In this document: positions 1-9,668 of the stretch, piece by piece
Layout of the letters: the number at the start of each line of letters is the position of its first letter
How positions within the stretch are numbered: position 1 is the first letter of the stretch
Assembly (NCBI GenBank): GCA_965224245.1
Contig: OZ245046.1
Location: 5,472,001 to 5,536,000, forward strand
Reading direction: 5' to 3'
DNA length: 64,000 nucleotides
Source of the DNA: Candidatus Eiseniibacteriota bacterium
Lineage (GTDB): Bacteria > Eisenbacteria > RBG-16-71-46 > CAZAMP01
Program-made: the position numbers and the translations under genes
The notes under the pieces: generated by a model
Databases searched by the model: none
Told to the model about the DNA's origin: nothing
Seen by the model: only the letters and a program-made list of their open reading frames with translations

Positions 1-1837
1 CCAGCGCCCGGGCGCGTGCCTGGAGCAGGCGGACCTTCCGGCGGGGCTCCCCCGGCATCCCGACCGACACCGCGTGATCGATGACCCGAACCGCGTCGTC
101 GTAGTGGCTCGCGATCAGGAGGCGCTCGGTCCGCTCGATCTGGAGCTCCTTCCAGAGCTCCGGGTGCGACTCCGGTCCGATCAGCTCGCCGGCCCGCTCC
201 AGGTGGGCGTGCGCCTCGTCGAGCGCGGCCAGACTGACGTACGCCGAGCCCAGCGTCACGTGCATGTCGGCGGCCACGTCGGGCTGATCGACGAACTCGG
301 TCTCGATGCGCCGCGCGCTCGACTCCAGCAGCGAGCGCATCAGCGTCGTGTCCTGTCCGCGTGCGACGTCGGGCGAGATCGAGCGGAGCATCTCCTTCAG
401 GAACCGGCTGATCTCCTCGGACTTTCGTCGCTCGAACTCGGATACGCGCCGGTACTCTTGCGCACGCCTCCGGAGCCGCTCGGCGCGAAGGTACAGCGCG
501 GTGACGGCGATCGTCGCGCCCCCGAGGACGGCCACCGAGGTCGCGCCGAGGAACTGGTTCGTGGTCAGCGTGGTCGCGCCCCCGATGGCCAGCACGACGA
601 CCGCGATCGCGCCGGCGAGCGTACGATTGCGACGGATCCACTTGGCGGCCCGGTACACGGGGGTGCTCGGCCGCGCACTCACGGGGCGGTTCTCGAGGAA
701 GCACTCGATGTCCACGGCGAGCGCCCGCGGGGACGAGTAGCGGCGTGCGGGCTCCTTCTCGAGCGCCTTCATCAGGATCCTGTCGAGATCGCCCCGCACG
801 CGCCGCATCAGCGTGCGGGGCTCCATCGATCGGGCGGCGATGTCCCTGGCCGTGCTCGTCTCGATCGCGCGGCTGGGCAGCGTGGGGGCGACGTTCAGGA
901 CCTCCTCGATCCAGCGCACGACGCCGCCCTCGCGCCAGACGTGGGGGAGCTGCCCGGTCACGAGCTGATAGAGAAGCACGCCGAGCGAGTAGACGTCGGT
1001 CGCGGGGGTGATCGCGTGTCCGCGGAGCTGCTCGGGGCTCGCGTAGTGGGGCGTCATCATCGCGGCCGCCGTCGCGGTCCGGTTCGCGCTCCCCTGGAGG
1101 AGCTTGGCGATCCCGAAGTCGAGGAGCTTCACCACGCCGGCGTCGGTGACGAGGATGTTCGACGGCTTCAGGTCCCGGTGCACGACCTGGTGCGCGTGTG
1201 CGTAGTCGACCGCCTCGCAGACGTCGCGGAAGAGCCGCAGGCGAGCCTCCAGGGACAGCCGGGCGGCGTCGCAGTGCCGATCGATGGCGTCGCCGTCGAC
1301 GTACTCCATGACGATGTACGGCATGCCGTCGGGGGTCTCGCCGCCGTCGAGGAGGCGCGCGATGTGGGGGTGCTCCAGCGTGGCCAGCACCTGACGCTCG
1401 GCGCGGAGTCGACCCGCCAGCGACGTGTCGTCCCGCTCGTGCTGGAGGAGCTTGACCGCGACGCGCTTGTCGAACTGGCGATCGGCGCGCTCGGCACCGT
1501 AGACGACGCTCGTGCCGCCGGTCCCGATGCGGCGCGTCAGGCGATAGGCGCCGAGCATGCGGCCGACCCAGGGGTCGTCCGCCGGGGCGCCCGTGCCCGC
1601 GGGCGGCACCGCCGCGACGGCGGGCTCGTCCAGAGCCGGGGAGCGCGGGATCACGGGTTCGTCCAGGAACGTGCCCGCGTCGTCGTGCGCGGCCAGGAGC
1701 GACTCGAGATCGCGGCACAGCTCGGGCGCCCTCGCGCGCAGCTCGTCGAGCCACCCGCGCCGCGCACCCGGCGCGAGGCTCATGGCGTGCGCGAATGCCG
1801 AGAGGAGCTCGGCCGGGGGGTCGGGGGATGGCGTCAT
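1..1837 (-). CDS. Ser/Thr protein kinase with TM segments and TPR-like C-terminus (3' end runs off the window)
   Basis: Manual minus-strand translation from ATG 1837 (absent from the ORF track because it has no stop in the window): MTPSPDPPAELL...GAYRLTRRIGTGGTSVVY...VAVK...HRDLKPSN...DFGIAK...TPHYASPEQ...GDLDRILMKALEKEPARRY. The frame is open to position 1. Confidence 0.92.
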   Translation of the reverse strand, partial: MTPSPDPPAELLSAFAHAMSLAPGARRGWLDELRARAPELCRDLESLLAAHDDAGTFLDEPVIPRSPALDEPAVAAVPPAGTGAPADDPWVGRMLGAYRLTRRIGTGGTSVVYGAERADRQFDKRVAVKLLQHERDDTSLAGRLRAERQVLATLEHPHIARLLDGGETPDGMPYIVMEYVDGDAIDRHCDAARLSLEARLRLFRDVCEAVDYAHAHQVVHRDLKPSNILVTDAGVVKLLDFGIAKLLQGSANRTATAAAMMTPHYASPEQLRGHAITPATDVYSLGVLLYQLVTGQLPHVWREGGVVRWIEEVLNVAPTLPSRAIETSTARDIAARSMEPRTLMRRVRGDLDRILMKALEKEPARRYSSPRALAVDIECFLENRPVSARPSTPVYRAAKWIRRNRTLAGAIAVVVLAIGGATTLTTNQFLGATSVAVLGGATIAVTALYLRAERLRRRAQEYRRVSEFERRKSEEISRFLKEMLRSISPDVARGQDTTLMRSLLESSARRIETEFVDQPDVAADMHVTLGSAYVSLAALDEAHAHLERAGELIGPESHPELWKELQIERTERLLIASHYDDAVRVIDHAVSVGMPGEPRRKVRLLQARARAL

Positions 1838-1990
1838 GGGCTCTCGTGGGTGAGGTCGACGTCCGGTGAGGATAGAGGGGGAGGCGCGATCGTGTCCACC
1901 GACCGCGCGGCGGCACCCCGGTGCCTCCGTTCCGAACCGCGTGACCGGTACCCCCTGATCCGGCTCGTGTGAGGACACCGCCGTCCCGGC

Positions 1991-3616
1991 CTACCGGCCG
2001 CGGAGATCCAGATAGGACCGGTGGGCCGAATCCACGGAGCTCCCCTCCAGAAGGCTCTTCACCCGATCGGCGAGCAGGCCGCGCACCGCGTACAGATGGT
2101 GGTAGCGCTCGCCGTAGCGCACCAGAAACAGGCGATACCGGCCCGGCGCCGCCACCAGCGCGCGATACACGGCGATCGGCGCGCGCTGGACCGGACTCAG
2201 GCCGTCCAGCGAGAGTCGCGCGAAGTCCGGACGGATCAGCCGTCTCAGGTGCTCGAGGTCGATCTCGTGCACCGGCGCACCGACGCCGACGAGCGGCGTG
2301 AGCGTGTCGGCGGTGTGCACGAGGACGATGTCCGGTCCGAACGCGTCGAGCAGATGCTCGTCCGCGCCGTGGCCCGCCACCTCGGCCGAGTTCAGGCCCA
2401 CGAGATCCAGCGTTCGACATCGCATCCAGAACGGGAGCCGTCCCGCCTCGCTGACCGCGAGAGAAACGTCCGGTCCGAGAGCACGCCGTAGCTCGAACGG
2501 AAACGTGTTGATGTACTGGGGTGTGGTGAGAACCCGGAGCTCCCGGGCGAGCGCCATCGCGTGGCCGAGGCTGACGGTGGTGGCCACCAGCAGGATCGAC
2601 ACGAGCCGACTCGTCGGTGCCGACCCGCGTCGCGCACCGGCCACGAACGCGCCGAACACGAGGAGCAGAAAGGCCGTGGCCGGTCCTTGCAATCGGAACG
2701 CCACGTTCTGCGACGGCGTCGTCACGCCGAGCACGCCGACGAGGAGCGCGAACGGGATCGCAGCTCGTTCCCACCGGCGTCGCGCTTCGGGATCGGCGAG
2801 AACCCAGGCGAGTGCGGCCACGCACACGAGAGCAGCCTGCCCGGCGGCCCAGCTCAGGTTCGAGCGGATCCCGTCCCAGGCCGATCCGTGCAGTCCCTTC
2901 ACGATCAACGGCAACGGCAAGAGCTCGCCGAAGTACGTCGTGCGCCAGATCATGTAGACCACCGCCACGGCTCCACACGCCGCGGTCGCGATCGCGTACC
3001 GTCTCGCGTCGCCGGCTCGACGTGCCGTCAGCAGCCCGAGCACCACGACCGCACCGCCGACGACGACCCCGTCGGGTCGGAAGAGCGCGACCACCAGTGC
3101 GAGCGCCGGGACGAGCACGACCGAGCGTCGGGTCCACCCGAGTAGACGGTCGACGAGAACGAGACACAGGCCACCATAGGCGAGCGTGCTGAATCCGCCG
3201 TAGCTGGCCGCGGCCAGGGGAGAGAGGGCGATCATCGGCGGGAGAATCCACGCGATCGGATCCCGAGCGCGACCGGCGCCGGTGTAGCGGGCGAGGACGA
3301 TCGCACAGGCGTACGCACCGGCGGCGTTCAGCATCGCCGCCGCGATCGCGACGTCGACCCCCAGGGAGACGAGCGCCGTCAGCAGCACCAGCCACAGGAA
3401 GTCGGTCGCTCCCTCGGTGTGCGGTCCCCCGGGATGAAACACGATCCCGTGGCCGTGGGCGGCGTTCTCGGCGTACGTGAACAGGATGTACGCGTCCTCG
3501 TGCGGGTGACCGTCCGAGAGGACGGCGTACCCGATCGCGAACACCATGATCACCGTCACCAGCGCGACGAGGTGGTGGATCGGTGACGGCGTCGGGGTCG
3601 CTCTCCCGGAGGTCAC
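1991..3616 (-). CDS. Polytopic membrane glycosyltransferase, GT-C fold (AftB-like)
   Basis: N-terminal 'HEDAYILFTYAENAAHGHGIVFHPGGPHTEGATDFLW', 'RPDG' motif, many TM helices, C-terminal 'EAGRLPF...LDLVGLNS'. Confidence 0.75.
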   Translation of the reverse strand: MTSGRATPTPSPIHHLVALVTVIMVFAIGYAVLSDGHPHEDAYILFTYAENAAHGHGIVFHPGGPHTEGATDFLWLVLLTALVSLGVDVAIAAAMLNAAGAYACAIVLARYTGAGRARDPIAWILPPMIALSPLAAASYGGFSTLAYGGLCLVLVDRLLGWTRRSVVLVPALALVVALFRPDGVVVGGAVVVLGLLTARRAGDARRYAIATAACGAVAVVYMIWRTTYFGELLPLPLIVKGLHGSAWDGIRSNLSWAAGQAALVCVAALAWVLADPEARRRWERAAIPFALLVGVLGVTTPSQNVAFRLQGPATAFLLLVFGAFVAGARRGSAPTSRLVSILLVATTVSLGHAMALARELRVLTTPQYINTFPFELRRALGPDVSLAVSEAGRLPFWMRCRTLDLVGLNSAEVAGHGADEHLLDAFGPDIVLVHTADTLTPLVGVGAPVHEIDLEHLRRLIRPDFARLSLDGLSPVQRAPIAVYRALVAAPGRYRLFLVRYGERYHHLYAVRGLLADRVKSLLEGSSVDSAHRSYLDLRGR

Positions 3617-5100
3617 CGGTTCGACCTCTCGGGCGGGAGCGCGAGCTCGGTGACGAGCTCGTGCGTTCGTGGGCTCCGGAACGCCGAGCGCGCATCCTCC
3701 TCGAGCGTGAGCTCGGCCACGGTGCGCGACGCGAAGTTCGCGTTCAGGAGACGGCTCGTCAGCGCCTCGGGATCGCGCGCCAGGCTCTCACGGAGCACGA
3801 CGACCCGACGTCCCGACACGAGGGCCTCTCCGATCGCCCGTGCGATGCGGACCGCCTCCTCGCGCGGGGCCGCGACCGCCGGGTCGTGCCGGGGCACGAT
3901 CAGCTCGCGTCGCGTGTAGTAGGCGACGAAGGGTGCCATGCGATCGGCCAGCACGGCGGTCGTCGCCGGCGTCTCGGCGTCGATCCAGCTCGCCAGCGTC
4001 CTGGGGCCGGAGACCCGCGACCGGAGCTGCATCGCTGGCCATGCATCGACGAGCGGGACGATGATCAGACCCAGGACGCCGATCGCGACCGCGGCCGGCC
4101 GGGCGCGCGCCAGCGCGCCGCCGCCCAGCACGTCGGTGAGCCCGCGCGCCACCAGGAGCGAGAGCACGGCGGCGGGCAGCGCGAGCGAGCGCGGAAAGAG
4201 CTCCCCGGCGAGGAACGCGTGCACGAGCGCGACGCCGGTCCACGCGGCGAGGATCCGGAGCATCCGGCCGCCGTGAGCGACCGCGATCGCCGCGAGACCG
4301 AGCCCGATCGGAAGCACCGCGCGGGCGAGATCCCCGGCCCCCGGAGCGAGGTCGTGGAGCGAGGGAAGGCCGGTCGATCCGAACATCGCGCTCGGGCTCG
4401 CTCCCGGCCCGAGCCGTCCACCGAGCATGGCCACGACGGCGGCGACGAACGCGATGGCGAACGCACCGAACGGCCGGGGCGCGGCGGGCTCCCGGACGAG
4501 GAGGACGAGACCCACCGTCGCCGACGCGAGCCACGTCGTGGGGAGCGTCAGCATCGCGCCGGCGGCCAGCGCGGCGGCCAGGAGCCCATGGCGGAGGTGG
4601 ACGTCGGGGGCCATCACCATGCCCAACGCACCGAGCACCAGCGCGATCGCGAGCGAGTGTCCCGACGCGGCGGTGGCCTCGGCGACCAGCAGCGGATTGG
4701 CCCCCACCAGGAGCGCCACCCCCGAAGCGATCGGATGCCCGGCTCCCAGCACCCGCGCCAGCCGGTACGCTGCCAGCACGGCCAGCGAGCCGAACAGCGC
4801 CCCGCTGGCGATGAGCGCTCGCTCGAGGTCCATGCCGAGCGCGCTCGTCAGGCTCGCCACCGCACGGCTCGCGGCCACGAGGAGCGGGCCCGGGTGCGAC
4901 GATGCACCGGCGATCCAGCCGATCGGATCGCCACCGCTGCTCGAGACCACGCGCGAGGCGAGCGCCACCTCGTCGGGGTGCACGAAGCCCGCGTGACCCG
5001 CGGCCAGGTACCCGAGGAGGGTCCCCAGTGTGATCGCGATCGGGACGGCGACGTCGCTGGCGACACGCCGCCCGGGAGTCTCGCTCGCGCCCGTCGCCAA
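3613..5100 (-). CDS. Polytopic membrane protein, probable GT-C (PMT/ArnT-like) glycosyltransferase
   Basis: 'HPDE' acidic motif after TM1, about 11 hydrophobic helices, soluble C-terminal domain; 4-bp overlap with the downstream GT-C gene. Confidence 0.6.
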   Translation of the reverse strand: MATGASETPGRRVASDVAVPIAITLGTLLGYLAAGHAGFVHPDEVALASRVVSSSGGDPIGWIAGASSHPGPLLVAASRAVASLTSALGMDLERALIASGALFGSLAVLAAYRLARVLGAGHPIASGVALLVGANPLLVAEATAASGHSLAIALVLGALGMVMAPDVHLRHGLLAAALAAGAMLTLPTTWLASATVGLVLLVREPAAPRPFGAFAIAFVAAVVAMLGGRLGPGASPSAMFGSTGLPSLHDLAPGAGDLARAVLPIGLGLAAIAVAHGGRMLRILAAWTGVALVHAFLAGELFPRSLALPAAVLSLLVARGLTDVLGGGALARARPAAVAIGVLGLIIVPLVDAWPAMQLRSRVSGPRTLASWIDAETPATTAVLADRMAPFVAYYTRRELIVPRHDPAVAAPREEAVRIARAIGEALVSGRRVVVLRESLARDPEALTSRLLNANFASRTVAELTLEEDARSAFRSPRTHELVTELALPPERSNR

Positions 5101-5422
5101 TCGTCACCTCCGACCCGTGCGTTGCCACCGCGCCGGGCGATGGAAGACCTCGTTCGTGCTGCGCCGCCGACGCAACCGGGAGCACCCGCCGGTCGCAAGG
5201 GGCGTTCCCCGCCCGGTGCGAGCGCTCATACCGAGGATGCCGTCTCCGGTTGGTGATGTCTATAAGTATCTTCATTGCAACACATTGCGGCATTCGCTAC
5301 GGCGACCTACGACAACCGGCGGCCATCCGTGTTCGGTCGGGCGGCCCCGTGCGTCTGACTCCACGACGACGAGATCGAGCGGGCCAGCGGCGAGTTTCGC
5401 CGCCCCGGCATGCCAACGTAAG

Positions 5423-6076
5423 ATGTCAGGAGGTTCACCCATCGCATCCCTAGCCCGGGTCGCGCTCTTGACCGACGACACACGAGATCCCGGCGTCCCG
5501 CCGGTCGAGCGTACGGTTCCGGTTCTGGAATCGTCGCTCCAGCTGATCACGCGTGCCCGTCAGGGCGACTCCGTGGCCGTGGATCGACTCTGCGCGCGCT
5601 ACCTGCCCCGGCTTCGCCGCTGGGCGACCGGGCGGATGCCCAGGAAGTCGCGCGGGCTCCTCGACACCGACGATCTCGTCCAGAACACGCTCCTGCGCAC
5701 CGTCCGTCGCCTCGGGGACTTCGAGACCAGTCACCCGGGTGCGTTCCAGGTCTACGTGCGGCAGGTGCTGATCAATCAGATTCGCGATCTCGGTCGACGC
5801 GGCGCGCGCCGGCCCGACGAGGACGAGCTGATCGAGGAGATCGACGATCCGGGGCCGTCTCCGCTGGAGGCCGCCATCGGATCGGACATGGTCGAGCGCT
5901 ACGAGGCCGCCCTCGCGCGACTCGAGCCCGCCGCGCGAGAAGCCATCGTCGCTCGCGTGGAGATGGGCTGGTCGTACGCGCAGGTGGCCGAGGTACTGGG
6001 GAAACCGTCGGCCGACGCGGCTCGCATGACCGTTGCGCGTGCGCTGTCGCGGCTGGCCGAGGAAATGGACGTGTGA
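5423..6076 (+). CDS. ECF RNA polymerase sigma factor (module 1)
   Basis: Region 2 'LITRARQGD...RYLPRLRRWA...DTDDLVQ' and region 4 'REAIVARVEMGWSYAQVAEVLG...ARMTVARAL'. Start uncertain (ATG 5423 or TTG 5468); the ORF-track 5030 start is over-extended. Confidence 0.9.
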   Translation: MSGGSPIASLARVALLTDDTRDPGVPPVERTVPVLESSLQLITRARQGDSVAVDRLCARYLPRLRRWATGRMPRKSRGLLDTDDLVQNTLLRTVRRLGDFETSHPGAFQVYVRQVLINQIRDLGRRGARRPDEDELIEEIDDPGPSPLEAAIGSDMVERYEAALARLEPAAREAIVARVEMGWSYAQVAEVLGKPSADAARMTVARALSRLAEEMDV

Positions 6077-6079
6077 ACC

Positions 6080-7870
6080 ATGCGTGACGAGGGCTTCCTG
6101 GACGTCGCCGCGACCATCTCCGATGGTGCCGGGATCGAGTGGTCGGTCATCGAGGGACGGGCGCGCTCCGACGACGAGCGCCGGCACCTGCGCCGGCTGC
6201 GTCTGGTCGACGACATCGTCACGTTTCATCGCGTGTGGCAGAGCCAGGTGGACGAGCTCGGCGATCCGATCGACGCGACCTCGCCGGACGCGCCGAGCTA
6301 CGACGCGACGTGGGGCCCGCTGGGTCTCCTGGAGCGGATCGGGCAGGGATCGTTCGGCGTCGTGTATCGCGCGTGGGATCCCAAGCTCGAGCGTGAGGTC
6401 GCGCTGAAGCTCTCGCCCGCCGGCGCCGATCCGGCGCGTGCGGCGACGATCTCCCGCGAGGGACGCCGGCTGGCCCGCGTCGATCACCCCAACGTGGTCA
6501 CGGTGTACGGCGCCGCCGACGACGACGGCCGCGCCGGGATCTGGATGGAGCTGATCGACGGGATCACGCTTCAGGACCAGGTCAAGCGCGACGGACCGAT
6601 GAGCGAGCGCGAGGTGATCGCGATCGGTCAGGACCTGTGCGGCGGGCTCGCCGCGATCCACGGCGCCCGGCTCCTGCATCGCGACATCAAGGCGGCGAAC
6701 GTCATGCGCGAGCGCGGCGGGCGCATCGTGCTGATGGATCTCGGATGCGGCCTGGACACGCCCACCGGGGTGGCGCCGGCCGCCCGTGACGCGCGGAGCA
6801 CGTCGTCGATCTCGGGCACGCCGATGTACATGGCGCCCGAGCTGTTCGACGGCGCCGAGGCGAGCTTCCGGAGCGACGTCTACGGACTCGGCATGCTCCT
6901 GTACTTCCTCGCCACCGGAACGTACCCGGTCGAGGCGATCACGCTGGGTCAGCTCACCGACGCGCTGAAGCGCGGAGAGCAGCGCCGGCTGCGCGACGTG
7001 CGCCCCGATCTGTCGTACACGTTCGTGCAGGTGATCGAGCGCGCGATCGCGCTGGATCCCGCCGGTCGGTACGCGTCGGCCGGCGAGCTGGACGACGCGC
7101 TGGGTCGCGTGCTCTCGTCCGATCTCGATCGATCGGGACGCGCCGCGACGCTCGAGACACCGGCACCCACCGGGTCTCCCGCGCCCACCGATCGTCCTGC
7201 GCGCCGTGGACGGATCGCGACCCTCGCGCTCGCGGCGGCGGTCGTGGCCGCCATCGTGCTCTGGCGATGGGCACCCTGGGCGTCCGGCTACGTCGTCGAC
7301 GCCACGTTCTATCGTCAGCTCCCGTCGGGTGCGGTCGAGGCGCTCGCGATGAACGATCGCGTGCAGCCGAAGGAGCAGTTCCTGATGCGCGCCGAGCTGT
7401 CCGACGAGACATGGGTCTACGTGATCAACCAGGACGATCACGGCGAGTCGTACCTGCTCTTCCCCATGCCGGGGCTCGAGCAGACGAACCCGCTTCCGGC
7501 CGGACGGCACGAGCTGCCCGGCGTGTGGCTCGGCGAATCGATCCGGTGGCAGTTCTCCTCCGCGGGAGGTCGCGAGCGGCTGCTCCTGGTGACCTCGCCG
7601 GAGCCGCTCACCGACTTCGAAGGCGCGCTGGCGGCACTGCCTGCGCCGCGCGCCGACGGCGAGCTCCGCGCCGCGCAGCTCTCGCCCGAGAGCGTGCGCC
7701 GGCTGCGCGGGGCGGGTGCCATCGCGCGCCATGCGCCCGGGGCGGCGAGCGCGCCGCCGGAGATCCTCGAGATGGCCGAGCCGCTGACCGGGCGCGAGCG
7801 CTCGTCGGGGCTGCGGGTCCGCGAGATCGTGCTGGAGAACCCGGTAGATCCGCAGGGAGACGGCCGGTAG
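6080..7870 (+). CDS. Membrane Ser/Thr kinase with C-terminal extracytoplasmic DUF4384-like domain
   Basis: GQGSFG, VALK, HRDIKAAN, DLG and APE motifs; TM 'IATLALAAAVVAAIVLW'; tail 'DRVQPKEQF...WVYVINQDDHGESYLLFP...GRERLLLVTS'; starts 3 bp after the sigma stop. Confidence 0.9.
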   Translation: MRDEGFLDVAATISDGAGIEWSVIEGRARSDDERRHLRRLRLVDDIVTFHRVWQSQVDELGDPIDATSPDAPSYDATWGPLGLLERIGQGSFGVVYRAWDPKLEREVALKLSPAGADPARAATISREGRRLARVDHPNVVTVYGAADDDGRAGIWMELIDGITLQDQVKRDGPMSEREVIAIGQDLCGGLAAIHGARLLHRDIKAANVMRERGGRIVLMDLGCGLDTPTGVAPAARDARSTSSISGTPMYMAPELFDGAEASFRSDVYGLGMLLYFLATGTYPVEAITLGQLTDALKRGEQRRLRDVRPDLSYTFVQVIERAIALDPAGRYASAGELDDALGRVLSSDLDRSGRAATLETPAPTGSPAPTDRPARRGRIATLALAAAVVAAIVLWRWAPWASGYVVDATFYRQLPSGAVEALAMNDRVQPKEQFLMRAELSDETWVYVINQDDHGESYLLFPMPGLEQTNPLPAGRHELPGVWLGESIRWQFSSAGGRERLLLVTSPEPLTDFEGALAALPAPRADGELRAAQLSPESVRRLRGAGAIARHAPGAASAPPEILEMAEPLTGRERSSGLRVREIVLENPVDPQGDGR

Positions 7871-7898
7871 GCCGCTCGCCGGATCGTGTCGGACGGGC

Positions 7899-7907
7899 AT
7901 GGTAGAA
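7899..7907 (+). promoter_or_regulatory. Possible extended -10 sigma70 promoter (TGGTAGAAT)
   Basis: TGn-TAGAAT about 40 bp upstream of ATG 7948. Confidence 0.3.
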
Positions 7908-7947
7908 TCGACCATCCCGCGCAACGACGAAAGGCACGGAACAATTC

Positions 7948-9582
7948 ATGACATCTGGCTTCGCACCTTCATCGGCGATCTGGCGCCCGCGACATCGGCA
8001 ACCCGCGTGGTGGTTCTCGGCCATCGGCGGCGCTCTCGCGCTCGCGTGTCTCGGCGCCACGCCGGTCATCGCCGGGCTCGGCGACACCGGCTCGGCCGGT
8101 ACGCTGCCCGACGACGGGGAGGGCGCCGGCGCGGAGGGGGCCGACCGGGATCCCGACGACACGACGACCGGCGTCTGCGGAACCGTGAACAGAAGCGGCG
8201 GCGAGCCCGGCGCCTGGATCTGGATCGTACCCGACGACGAAGTGGTCCAGACCTCCGAGCTGAAGGGCTCCGAGAAGGAGGATTGCTCCGAGGCGTGCGA
8301 CGTGGCGTTCGGTCGATCGTGCGCATCCTCGCGACTGGGGAGCCCCGTGAACGGGAGCGATCCCGGTGGACGGCGCGGTGCGGACGAGCCCGGCGCCGGC
8401 ATTCTCGAGACGTACCTCCTCGTCGTCGGGTCGTACCAGGACCCGGGCGTTCAGCCCCAGCCCGTCGTGTGGGAGAGCCCGACGTCGGCGCCGCCGTTCA
8501 CCGCGAAGACGCTGGACACGCTCGCCGGCGGCGAAGGCCAGGCGCACGCCGTCGTCAAGGCGGACGACGTCTGGTGGATCGGCGGCGACACGAAGGGACC
8601 GGCGGGCTGTGTCCGCCCCTGCGTGTGGACACGTCAGTGCGAGGACGGGCCCTGGATCCTGACCGTGCTGCCGGTCCCGGCCGGAAGCTGCGAGGCCTCG
8701 GTGCGCGACGTCTTCGACTTCGGACCGGCCGGCGTCGGCGCCGTGGGCTACGCCGACGACGCCAAGGGCGTCAGGATCCCGTTCCTCTGGCGCTACGCCG
8801 CCGGCGCGTGGACCCCCGATCCGCTTCCGGTGCCGGGTGATCTGCCCGGGCGGGCCATCGCGGGATTCTGGCGATCGGGACGAGCTCAGATCGTGGGACA
8901 CGTCGACTGCACGCTGCCGAGCTCGTGCGGGGGGCTCCTCTGGGACTGGACACCCGGCGGAGGGGCCACCGTGACGCCGCTGGATCCGACGCTGGGTCCG
9001 ATCTACCGGCCGACCGACATCCTGCCCTACGGACCGACCTGCGGCGTGATCATCACGGGCACGGTCCTGACCGGCACGGGCATGCTCGCCGAGCGCATTC
9101 CGGTTCTCCAGTACGCGCGGTGCGCCCCCGGCGGCGTCCTCGACCCGGTCGACCTGAACGCGCTCCTCTCGGAGCCGTACGACGGCGTCCTCCGCACGGC
9201 CGACGCGATCACGGCCGGCGGGCACGTGTACGTGACCGGTGACGCCACCACGACCGGCGGGCCGAGCTTCGGCAACGCGTATCTGTGGACGTCCGACGCG
9301 CTACTCGACGCCCCGGACGTCGTGGCGGTGGCGCCACTCATCGCGGCGACTCCCAACCCGGTGCGCCGGAGTGTCCGGCTCACGCTGCCCGAGGGAGCGG
9401 CCGGCGCCGACGTCCGCGTCTTCGACGCCGGCGGGCGCGTCGTGCGCGAGCTCGCCGGAGGCCGCGTCCGCGCCTGGGATCGGACCGATAGCGCTGGCCG
9501 TCGCGTACCCGATGGGGTCTACTTCGTCAGAGCGACCTGGCCGTCCGGCGTCTCGACGGCCAAGCTCGTCGTCGACGACTAG
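7948..9582 (+). CDS. Secreted Cys-containing protein with propeller-like repeats and FlgD-Ig/T9SS-like C-terminal domain
   Basis: Signal-like N-terminus; repeats 'TLDTLAGGEGQAHAV', 'VLPVPAGSCEASVRDV', 'PLPVPGDLPGRAIA'; C-terminus 'PNP...VRVFDAGGRVVR...WDRTDSAGRRVPDGVYFVR'. Confidence 0.75.
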   Translation: MTSGFAPSSAIWRPRHRQPAWWFSAIGGALALACLGATPVIAGLGDTGSAGTLPDDGEGAGAEGADRDPDDTTTGVCGTVNRSGGEPGAWIWIVPDDEVVQTSELKGSEKEDCSEACDVAFGRSCASSRLGSPVNGSDPGGRRGADEPGAGILETYLLVVGSYQDPGVQPQPVVWESPTSAPPFTAKTLDTLAGGEGQAHAVVKADDVWWIGGDTKGPAGCVRPCVWTRQCEDGPWILTVLPVPAGSCEASVRDVFDFGPAGVGAVGYADDAKGVRIPFLWRYAAGAWTPDPLPVPGDLPGRAIAGFWRSGRAQIVGHVDCTLPSSCGGLLWDWTPGGGATVTPLDPTLGPIYRPTDILPYGPTCGVIITGTVLTGTGMLAERIPVLQYARCAPGGVLDPVDLNALLSEPYDGVLRTADAITAGGHVYVTGDATTTGGPSFGNAYLWTSDALLDAPDVVAVAPLIAATPNPVRRSVRLTLPEGAAGADVRVFDAGGRVVRELAGGRVRAWDRTDSAGRRVPDGVYFVRATWPSGVSTAKLVVDD

Positions 9583-9668
9583 GACCCGCCGAGCACGCCC
9601 GACGTCTCACGGGGTCCGCGCGATTCAGGGGGTGGCGTTCGCCGCTCCCGCACCCCCGGGAGCGCTCG

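Noticed and set aside
74-1972. 632-aa + strand ORF, and similar long ORFs such as 5450-7924(-), 11184-12902(-), 16783-19119(-), 48625-50412(+), 57253-59316(-)
   Set aside because: Antisense shadows of motif-bearing genes, typical of high-GC DNA; no recognisable motifs of their own
5262-5290. IHF-like AT-rich site (TTGCAACACATTG), with a weaker look-alike near 27170-27194
   Set aside because: Only a partial match to WATCAANNNNTTR; too degenerate to call without data
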